Shown: positions 36,773-47,000 of the stretch, one piece after another
Position numbering within the stretch: position 1 is the first letter of the stretch
Layout: each line of letters starts with the position of its first letter
NCBI GenBank assembly: GCA_905178155.1
Contig: CAJINV010000010.1
Location: 583,851-647,850 of the forward strand
Direction: 5' to 3'
Length of the DNA: 64,000 bases
Source: Amoebophrya sp. A120
Taxonomy: Eukaryota; Protista; Dinoflagellata
The notes under the pieces: generated by a model
Seen by the model: the letters and a program-made list of their open reading frames with translations, nothing else
What the model was told of the DNA's origin: nothing
Databases searched by the model: none
Program-made: the position numbers and the translations under genes

Positions 36773-39343
36773 TATTACACTCAAAAGTGCCCCCACCGCC
36801 CCGGAAGTTGCAAATGTTTCTGATGCTAAGTTTCCAAATGGAAACTTTTCGTCTTGCATGAAAGCACCATGAGTCTTTCTGGCACAGAATCTAGGCCCGC
36901 AGGGCATCTGAGGCCCGGCTGCCCATTCAACATCGAAAATTTGTCACGGTGAAACGTGCAAAATGGAGAGCGTCTCTAACTTGTATTGCAAACATGCATC
37001 ACATGCCAAAAACGGTCAAGAATTTTTTAAGAAAAAAAGCCCTCTTTTTGATGCTAACTAGCGACATTTTCATGCAGAATCGCTCTTGTTAACTCAAAAA
37101 GGCAAAAACGCGCTGCAGCTGCACCGTGTGACGGATAGAGTTAAGCCTAAAAATTGCACAAATGCACAAAAGTGCACAAATTAAGCCACAAACGTGGCAC
37201 ATGTGCAGGATTTAGGGCAAAGGTGCAACATTTTGCACACTCAGCAAAAAGGCCACGACCCCGGCTGCGTGGACGGTTCTGCGTTTTTACAATATTCCAG
37301 CGCAGCAGCAGAAGCCGCAGCGGTGGCCTTTATTTCAGGCGCCGCGGCCGGTTTGAAAGCAAAATCCCGCAAAACGTGGCCGCTTTAGCTCATAGGCGCA
37401 CAGGGCGCAATAGCATGAACGAAATACGCGCAAACAACGGCAAAGAGACAGCTTCTTCGTGCTAACTAGGGCCATCCTGGTGCAGATTGGGTCTCGCTAA
37501 GCCAAAAAGACAAAAAGGCGACTAATTTTGCAGAAGTTATCAACTTGCATTGCAAACATGTATCACATGGAAAGAAAAGTGCCAATTTTCTTAAGGTACA
37601 GACGCACCTTTTTGGTGCTAATTCGACTCATTTCACTGCAGCACAGGTCTTGTTAAGTCAAAAAGAGCGAAATGGTTGGACGAAAAAGCGCACGGCGGGG
37701 CCACCTTGTTAAACCTAAAAATTGCGCAAATGCGCCAAAATGCAAAAACTAAGGCGGAAAGGGCGCAAATTTTTCAAAATAGGCACAAAAGTGCGCCACT
37801 ATGCGCATTCTCGAAAAATGCGCAAAGTCGCAACATTGCGCGCGCCGATGATTTTGCAGCGGTTCACAGCGCGTTGGCGCTGTCGCACCCGTAAGGCTAA
37901 CTCCCGACAGTTTGGTCGTACTTAGGACCAAAATGCGCCAAAAGAGCTCCCCTCAGCTCAAAAAGGTGCGCAAATGCACCAACAGACGCAAACTAAAGCA
38001 AAAACGTCGCAAAGCCATCGAAATAGGTGAAAAAGTGCAACACTTTGCAAATTCTCCAAAAAGGCGCAAAAGCGCGACAAGGCGCGCGCCGGTGATTTTG
38101 CAGGAGCAAGTCCGCAGAGCGGTGGCGCTATCGCATCCGCCAGGCCAATTCCAGACAGTTTGGCCGTTCTGAGGACCAAAATGCGCCACAGAAACTTCCT
38201 CCAACTTAAAAAGGCACAAAAGCGCGACGAAATGAACGAAATACGGCAACCCGGCGGCGAAAATAACCAGCCCCAGGCAGCTTGTTCGTTTTTAGCCCCA
38301 AAATGCGCCAGAAAAGCTCCGCGTAGCTCGAAAAGGCGCAAAAACGCAACAAAATGAACGAAGTACGGCAAAAAAGCAACGGGAAGACACCCAAAAAGGA
38401 AGACGAAGGCAAAACATGGACAGCGTCGCCACTTTTAGCGTAAAACCTTAGCAACCGCGGCGCCTCTCATGGATGCTTGGTAAGTCGGGGCTGGCGCTGC
38501 AGCGCAGCAAGGATAGTAAGCCCACAAATGCAGACAAGGAGCGAAAAACGCCGCCGCGTCACTCTTCTGCGCCCTGACATGAAGAGAAACGCCACGCGAC
38601 CAACGCGCGAAACGAAAAACGCCAGAAAAATGTCCGCACCAAGAAGCAGGCCGCTGGCTGACACGCCGGACCGGCCTCCGGGATTGCATTACATGGAAAA
38701 CCAACGAAGAGCCTCGCTTGGTGCTAATTCAGGGGCGCTTACGCGAAGCAGTCGCGCCACTAGCTCTGGAAGCAAAGTGCGAAAGACGCAGCCGGTGCCG
38801 CGTGTTTGGCCCACGAAAATTTCGACACGAAAAAGAGAAAAAGGGCGCCAACTGCAGAGGCGGGCTGCTGTTCATGTTCCTACTGGCATAAAATAAATAG
38901 CAAAAATGCAAAAAAAAGCCCCGGCAAAATAAAGCACAAAGCGCCACGGAGCCGCACGCCTTAGCTCCGACATGGAGACCCGCGCCGCGCGGGCAACATA
39001 AAAAACGGACAACACCCCAAAGGCGCCCACGTCAGCACGCGAGCCGGTGGCGGGGAAAACGAATCGCCTGCCGAGGCTACACTACACGCAAAGAAAGAAA
39101 AAGCCGAAGGGGCGGGGCAAAGTCTAAAATCTTCCGCGAACATGGGGAGGGCGAAGCCCCCCGGCAGCGCAAGGTTGCGCGCGCTGCAAAAATTAAAAAA
39201 GTTTCTCTTTTCATTTTTTCAAATATTCATCATCTAAAATCTCGGGCAGTGCTCGATTCAAATCTCTTGGGGAGTTTCCATTGGAAAGCTTTGCATCACA
39301 AATGCTGCCATTTTCTGGGGTGGGGGCACTTTTCATGGTAATA
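36773..39343. mobile_element. Introner family J (TIR TATTACnnTGAAAAnTGCCCCCACC) expanded by a nested insertion of about 2.3 kb
   Basis: TSD GACGA; ends align with the reverse complement of intact copy 41485-41792. Confidence 0.82.
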
Positions 39344-39409
39344 GACGATGAGGATGGTTCATGGTTCCGATCTTCGTGCTGGACGACGCTCTTTGTCGGA
39401 TCCGCGCGC

Positions 39410-39549
39410 TATGCATTGGCAAGAGTGTCTGGGTCCACCTCGCTCTCGGATGATGCAAACTTGAAGACGTGCGTTGCGTGCTTGTTGTCGGGCTCTGGCA
39501 TGTGTGAGACTACAGAAGTAGATCTTCACGTTCTTGCAGCCAATGAATA
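39410..39549. mobile_element. Degenerate introner (A-like) abutting the next element
   Basis: TAT..ATA; flanks CGCGC / TCGTGC. Confidence 0.6.
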
Positions 39550-39555
39550 TCGTGC

Positions 39556-39866
39556 TATCGAAAGGAAAGATCCCCCCTCCCCATATCGAAAACGAAATTT
39601 GTGATGCTGTATTTGAGGTCACAAATCGACTTGTCATGCTAGAAGGCCAAGAGCCGCAGTCGTGGCCTCGTTTGCAGGCAATTTGTCATGCTGTTTCCCA
39701 CTCTCAGCTGCCTCCTATCATGCTGAAGATGCAAGGCTTCCCCACGCCACCCAGCACTACAGTCCGCATCTTTTCCCGTGTAGCATAACAACGCTGATTT
39801 GTGACAACAAATCTGCATCACAGATTTCCGTTTTGATATGGGGAGGGGGGATTTTTCCCTTTGATA
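39556..39866. mobile_element. Introner family D
   Basis: TSD CGTGC. Confidence 0.9.
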
Positions 39867-40031
39867 CGTGCTAGAAGAACTACTGTCCGGAGGACCACGA
39901 CCCTGACGCACTTTATTTTCTCTTCATATGTCCCCGGACGACGGGTTCGTGGTCCTCGGCCGCCCACTACTAGAGGATTTCTGTGCTCCTCCCGAACTGT
40001 CCGGGTCGGCATTTGGTGTCTGCCCATACGC

Positions 40032-40179
40032 TATGCATTGCAAAAGTATCGCACTCGTATAAATGCATTACAAATTTCTTCAGCATGAGAAATAAAATTT
40101 GTAATGCTGATTTGCCTTCATAACAAGATGATTTGCAATGCATGACTGCAATACGAGTACGATACTTTTGCACAGGATA
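40032..40179. mobile_element. Introner family C
   Basis: TSD TACGC. Confidence 0.9.
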
Positions 40180-40244
40180 TACGCGGATGTCGTGGTAAAA
40201 GCCGCCGCTAAGCTGGTCAGCGCGAACAAGTTCTTCTTTTTCAA

Positions 40245-40419
40245 TATGCATTGCAAAAGTCTCGTACTCGTGCTAATAGTATCTATAAATCGCATGACAA
40301 AAAATTTCCTCAGCATTCAAAATGGAAATTGTACGTAATACGGGTTTATCATAAGAATGGTCGTGGTGCATGTCTACGCTTAAGTGCTACCAGCAGATCA
40401 AGTACTGCTGCAATGCATA
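40245..40419. mobile_element. Degenerate introner family C
   Basis: TSD TTCAA/TTCAC. Confidence 0.72.
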
Positions 40420-40463
40420 TTCACCGGTAAGCGAAAATGCGGAACTTGCATCGTCCTTGTCGC

Positions 40464-40713
40464 TATCAAATGTAAAAATGTCTGGGTCTGGAAGAGTCAT
40501 GCTGTTTTTGCATGACACAGAAGGTCTGGCATGGAAGCTCTAGCATCACAGGTTTCGAGAACCTTCCGCAATGCCGAATTCGCATGACAAGTCCCCTACT
40601 TTGCTGACAAAAAGTGCGAGCTTTTGCTACGTATGCATGAGAGACTTTTCTGTGTTCTGAAATACGCATTACAAGTTACATTCTTCCAGACCCAGACATT
40701 TTTACATTTGATA
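40464..40713. mobile_element. Introner family A
   Basis: TSD GTCGC; close to copies at 9167, 52240 and 55736. Confidence 0.92.
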
Positions 40714-40739
40714 GTCGCGGTTGTCGTTCGTCGACCAGC

Positions 40740-41081
40740 TATCCTGTGTGAAAACGTCCCCGAATTGTCATGCAAATCTGCAAGCCTCAGACGTTTTTCA
40801 TGCGCAGCTCCAGGAGGAGCATTCTGTAATGCTGTCTGGCAGTTTGCTGTCTGGCAGTTTGTCATGGCAGAAGCAGGATAAGAAGATCGATTTGCCATGC
40901 AGCTACAACAGCTACACGCGATTACACGATGATCTATCAGCCCAAATTTATCTTTATGCGCGACAACCAAAAGATACTGGATTGTGTAGCAAATTTGTCA
41001 TGCGAAAGAAACAAAGTTGGCTGATTTGTCTAGCAAAGTCCCCATCTTGACTCTGGCGTGGGGAAGTTTTTGCTCAGGATA
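40740..41081. mobile_element. Introner family B
   Basis: TAT..ATA TIR; CCAGC repeat offset by 3 nt. Confidence 0.8.
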
Positions 41082-41179
41082 CAACCAGCGGGCCGAGATT
41101 CAGAGTTATCATCCTGTGGAGAAAAATACAATTTCACGACATCGGGCCGGTCCCGGTGCTGCACATGTCGCCTGTTCTG

Positions 41180-41432
41180 TATCACATGCAAATATGTCTG
41201 GGTCTGGAAACTTGTGATGCTGAGTGACTTAGCATGTGGAGGCGATATATGATGGCTCAGCATGACAAGTTTCTGAGCTTCTAAGTGTTGCCTATTCTGC
41301 CTGAGAAAATGCGTTTCTGCATCACAGAAAAATAGGGTTTTTGGGTAACGTGCATGACAGACTTAAGAGTCTCACTAGCCTAGCATGACAAACCTTGCAC
41401 TTTTCCAGACCCAGACATATTTGCACTCGATA
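41180..41432. mobile_element. Introner family A
   Basis: TSD TTCTG. Confidence 0.9.
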
Positions 41433-41484
41433 TTCTGCTCATGTTGGCGATGATCCGTGGATGCAACAGAATCGCCCCTCCTGT

Positions 41485-41792
41485 TATTACAATGAAAAAT
41501 GCCCCCACCCCACACTTGGCAGCATTTGTATTGCAAATGCAAACCTTTCCAGTAGAAACACTTGCCGTCTTGCATCTCAGCATCACAAATTTTCCATGCT
41601 GGATAGCTCGAATTTGTGTTGCGAAGGGGCCCAACAGCAGCCGGATCTGTTATGCACAAGGCACCTTGTGCGCCTAGATTCTGCATCAGAAAGGCTCGCA
41701 ATCCTTTCATGCAAGACAAAAAGCTTTCATTTGGAAACTTTGCATGACAAACTTTCGCAAATTCGGGGGTGGGGGCATTTTTCACTGTAATA
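41485..41792. mobile_element. Introner family J
   Basis: TSD CCTGT. Confidence 0.9.
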
Positions 41793-43601
41793 CCTGTGTG
41801 GTTCCATGCTCGCGGAAGTGCAGGCCATGTCCTTGCCCTTGCGTGGTGGTCAAGAGGCTTGCTGCCCACCTGGTTTTATTTGTGTAGCTTTGTTGAATTT
41901 TCATATCCAAGTCACGACGGGGGAGACTAAATCCGAATGCGTCAAATCCCTTGGAAAATGAAACTAGCGCAACAAGCCATAGCACAAAAGAGTAGTACCT
42001 GCCCCTACGCTTGCTTGTTTGCGCCGTAAGAACCTCCGAAGTAGGAGGTCGAGTTCTTTTTATCCCCCGTGGCCCGTCCTTAAACACGGTTAGTTCTTGG
42101 ATCCGATGGCACGAGACTCACTGGATTACATGTTATACCTGATTTTGTCGTTCGTGCTTATTTGTGTACATATTTTTCTTGACAATTGGCGCCAAGAATA
42201 GGCAACGGTGCAAAAAGAATTGCGTTAGACAACGGTGCAAAAACAATTGCGCAATTTTTCTTTTTTGTGCTACTAGAATACTAAGTGGGCAACTCTCCAA
42301 CTGTTCGATACCGTCAGTTTCTGTTTGTGCGCGAAGAGCATCGCAAAGACGCCACAGGAACTGCAAGGAAGCCGCTTTTCACTGCGAGCCATCTTGATCA
42401 TGGGCCATCGAAGTAGTGGTAGTCAACGTGGTGGTGGTCAAGAGCAGACGAGTACAACTATCTAAATATAGGCCAAGGCCATTATACTTCGAGTGCAAAA
42501 CCCGCTAGGTAAGTCGTGGCGTTCCCTCGGCCGTAGTAGAAGGAAGATCTACATCAGGGTACTACTACCTAAAGCTCGCTTGATGTGATGAAACATGCCT
42601 ACACTACTCTCTCACAAAAAACAGATTTGATTATGTCAGTACAATTTTTCGCTCAAAAAGTGAAGCATCCTACTAGTTGTCGCTCAAATGTTGAATCATA
42701 TCACGTGACGCGAAGACGCATTAACGGAACATCTTCACAAGTAGTGCTTACTTCTCTTCTGCACCATGGTATTTCTTGTCACGACGGGCGACGAAGGAAT
42801 CATCTTCATGCTACAACTTGTTCTTTTGAATTTGTATTTGATCGGTCACGCTGTTCGGGGATACTGGTAAAATGGTTTCAAGGAGACATCATCTCAGGGT
42901 TGCGACAAAAGTAAGAGCTGCTCGTGACACAAATCAATGTGTCCGCTAGAGCTCCTGCTTGTTTTCGGGGACGTCCACAGGGGGCTTGGATTTGCGTGAT
43001 TGTGTGTAGGTAGTCGGGTAGCAGTACAGTTCTTCTACTTCACGTCATCGTGTTAGGGTTAGCAAAAAAAAAAAAGAGAGAGCAATAAGCTCATCCTGAT
43101 TCAGAATCAATGTTCTGTCTGTTCGAACTCGATTGCTGGTGGGATTGCAAGTTTACTTTTAGTATTTCATTGCGACTATAATTTTCAGAAAAACAAAGAA
43201 GTGGCGCAGGAAAGCACGATCCTTCTGCTCAGCATATCAGCCGACATAATATGCATCTGAAAATGATTTGCTACATCCTCCTTAGCCAAAAAAAGAATAG
43301 ACCCAAAAAAATCTGAAAAGCAGCATGTGTTTTACCTTACGTGCCGCTTGATGCGATTCCCAACTTGTAGTTCAGCGTTAGTTGTATCCTGAACTCGTTG
43401 TACTACTGTATTCTTGCGGCTGATGCACTTCGTAAAAGGTGTCCTGGCACGACTTCGTGAAGATTGGAACACGAAGTAGTAAGTCGTGACCAAGAACTCA
43501 CTTCGACCGCAGAATGCAGCAGCGCTTCTCATTTTTTATATTGCTTCTTTCCTATCATGTATGAAAAGTTCTTGGAGTGTTTAAAACTAAACACAAAAAA
43601 A

Positions 43602-43836
43602 TATGGAGCTCTCAAACGTTACATTCTCAACTGTTACGTGATTTGTCATGCAAAATTGCCTTGACTACTAACGCCATCAAGCTGCTTCGCGTGGCAAATT
43701 CTCAGACGGCCAAACAGGCGGAGAATCTGCGCCAAATCTGTCATGCACGACGCGCAAGGTCTTTCCTTTCACTTTTACCATTTTTGCATTACAAATCCAT
43801 GTAACACTTGAGAATGTAACAGTTGAGAACGCCATA
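43602..43836. mobile_element. Family F element downstream of the ACL stop (3'UTR or intergenic)
   Basis: TSD AAAAA; TIR shared with copies at 55346 and 1994. Confidence 0.88.
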
Positions 43837-44037
43837 AAAAAAATCCTTTGTTTCCAGTCAAGAAGTGAGAGCATCAATGACTCCATCCTGACGGCGCTAG
43901 AAGCACAACCCCTTAGATTCATGATACACGATTAATTGCCTTTATTTTTACACGAAGTAGAGGTGGAAAAACCAAAAGGAGCAACGCAGATTCTCGATTC
44001 TTTACATTTTCGTATGTCTTGATCGCGTACTTACGCC

Positions 44038-47000
44038 TCACGCCAAATTTGGCGTTGCAGCACCAGAAACCCGCGTGGGCGGGCGGTCCTCGATGTAGGC
44101 AATGTCCGTGAAGGGGTGGCGGTACAGCGGTTGGTTGAGCCGCTTCTGGTCTATCCTGTGCAAAAGTATCGCACTCGTTGTAATTGCATTTATGCATGAC
44201 AAATCTTTTTATTAAGGTAAATCAGCATGAGAAATTTATTCATTTGTAATGCTGAGCAAATTTGTAATGCAATTGCTATATATTATATTCATGCGAAAAA
44301 AGAGGTAGACAGAGGGTAAACAAGAGGTGGCCGAGAGGTCAAAAAGAGGTCAAAAGAGGTAAAAAAGAGGTCGACAGAGGTGGAGAGGTGGCGCGGGACC
44401 CCTTTCGAGAGGGTCGGCGAGAGGGTGCGCGAGTATAGCCCGCCGAAGGACCCACCTTAAGGCGGCGCCTAAGTGCCTCAGAGGGTGCAGAGAGGTCACA
44501 AAGAGGGGGCGCGAGAGGTCGACAGAGGTCGAGAGAGGTGGCGCGAATAAGGGCCAACCTCTCGCGCACCCTCTCGGCCACCTCTGTCGACCTCTACCCT
44601 CGAGTATAGCCGGACTATTAGCGGGGACCCCCAAAAGAGGTAAAAAAGAGGGTCTGCGAGAGGTCTGCGAGAGGGTAAAGACACAAAGTAGCGGGCGCGA
44701 ATCCGCATGGGAGTCCCCATATTTAGCGTCGCAGGCTCTTCGCGGACTTGTTTTGTCCGGCGCCTGTCCCCACCACCCTCTCGCGCACCCTCTCGCGCCA
44801 CCCTCTCGCGCGACCCTCTCGCGCCACCCTCCCGCGCCACCCTCTCGCGGCGGGCGGCTTCTGTTCGCCCCCGGTGTTCTTTGCAGTTGCTCCCTGCGCA
44901 GAGCGCCCACAGGCGCGGGAGGCGCGCAAGTAGTCCTGCGGGTTGGCGCGGCGCAAACTCCAGTATGCTTCGTTGCGCACAGGCCCGTGGCGTTGTGGTC
45001 CGATCGGCAAACTGTCTTGCCCCGGTCCAACAGCCTTGCGCTCCGGCGGCAGCCGGAGCATGGCTGGTTTATACTAGTACGACACTTTTGCACTGCATAT
45101 GGTCCAGCACGTGGCCGATCAACCCGATGGAGCGCGCCGGTATCAAATGCAAATATGTCTGGTGTTCTCAGTTAAATGTCATGCGGTTTTTGCATCATGA
45201 CCGCCCAGAAGCTTTGGTAAATGCAAGCAATAGCATCACAAGTTTAAAGTTTTGAGAAGGCTTCTTCTCGCTGATGCCCATCGGCCAGAGCTAGTAGCAT
45301 CACAAACGCACAAGTCTCTTCCAGAGGACCTGGACATATTTGCGATGCCTAGCCAGCACGAACAAGCCGTTCAGGCAGCCGGAATCCACGAACTGGTCAC
45401 ACTCTTCGACTGTGAACGCGCCGCACTTTCTATCGTGGGAAAAAACTGTCTCAGGCGCAACTTGCAATGCGCAACTCCCTTGAGACAGTTTTTTGTCATG
45501 CTCGACACGCAAGAAAATCGTCTTTCACAGGCATTTTTCCTTGTTTCTCACGCATCACAGGTTTTCCGTGTCTTGCTGCGCAAATTTCTATTGCTAGAGT
45601 CTACTGCAAAGGCTTGAGACTGGGACAGTTTTTTCGTACGATACTTTCGCAGCATGTCCACAAAGGCGGCGGCAATGCATCCGTCGACGTTGAGGATGAG
45701 GTTGGCTTTCTTGGTGATGGTCACTTCCTCCACCTTCAGCGCAAATCCCAGCACGGACTCCTGCGGATCCTCGCTGTATCCCACGAAAAAAGTGTTACAG
45801 TTACACATTTGTAGTGAATTCAGCAACACAAATTTCTCTGCATGAGAGAGAAAACTTGTAATGCAGAAATCCTACGGGAAAACACCTGTGAAACGAGGCT
45901 CCTATGCATATCCGGCATGACAGAGCTTGTCTGTCTTGCTTGCCCTGCAACGCAATGTGTAACTGTATTAACACTTTTTTCTGGCGATACGCTGGACCAG
46001 TTGTCCAATGCGAACTTCTTCAAAATTTCCACTCGTTTGTCTCGTGAGGAAAAACAACCCCTCCCCATATCGGACAGGAAATTTGTGATGCTGGATTTCC
46101 GTACACAAGTCGGCTTGTATTGCTAGAGGGCCAAGGGACGCAGTTATGGCCGAAAATTTGTCATGCTGTTTCCCACTCGCAGTTGCCTCCTGTCATGCTA
46201 AAGACGCAAGGCCTTCTTACGTCAGCCAGCGCTACAGACTGCATCTTTTCCCTTCTAGCATGACAATATGATTTGTGGTCACAAATCAGCATCACAAATC
46301 TTGAGTATGGGGTGGGGGGATTTTTCATTTTGATAGTTTGTCCGGGTTGTGCTTCGACTTGATTCGGTGCCCGATCCCCATGATGAGTTCGTTCTTCTTC
46401 TTCATTTCGTTCACGTAGTCACGCGCGTCAATGGCCTTGTCGAACTTATCGAGACTGCAAGATAAGTATCGCACTGGTAATAATAATTGCAGTCACACCT
46501 TAAAAAGCTCTTTCCCAAGGTAAAGCCGCACTACAAATTTCGTTTCTCATGCTGAAGAAATTTGTGTTTGTCATGCGATTTCTACTAGAAGTGCGATGCT
46601 CTTGCGATGCATAAAACGCCTTGGTGAAAGACTTTGCGGCGGCATCAAGCGCGCCGCCAAACCGCGGCCCAATGGTGAGCAACCCGCTGCAGAGGCTGTC
46701 CACCACATCCTTCCCCGCGCGGGCACACACGATTGCGTTGTGCGCTCCCGAGACGGCGGGACCGTGGTCGGCGCACACCATCAGGATCATCTCCATGAAC
46801 TGGCAGCTATCAAATGTAAAAGTGTCTGGGTCTGGAAGGTTGCAACTTGTGATGCTGTCTTTGGAAGGTAAAAAAATCTGTATTGCATGACCAGCAAGAG
46901 GGCTTCAGTTTGTGCTACGCGGAGTGGGCGTTTCTCATGCGGAATACGCATCAGAAGGCCCTTTAAAAATCTATGATGCTCGGCCATGCATTACAGGCGT

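Larger units (their letters stand above)
36721..41900 (-). pseudogene. Introner-split hypothetical low-complexity gene with an in-frame TGA near 39925 (probable pseudogene; ends uncertain)
   Basis: Joined frame ...AAAFTTTSAYGQTPNADPDSSGG...SSGDI*RENKVRQGRGPPDSSSSST..DPTKSVVQHEDRNHEPSSSSRAATMSSMELNAVSG. Confidence 0.45.

Noticed and set aside
46440-46620. Possible GT-AG splicing of the introners at 46447 and 8706 using GT/AG inside the TSDs
   Set aside because: Using those dinucleotides shifts the frame by one base.
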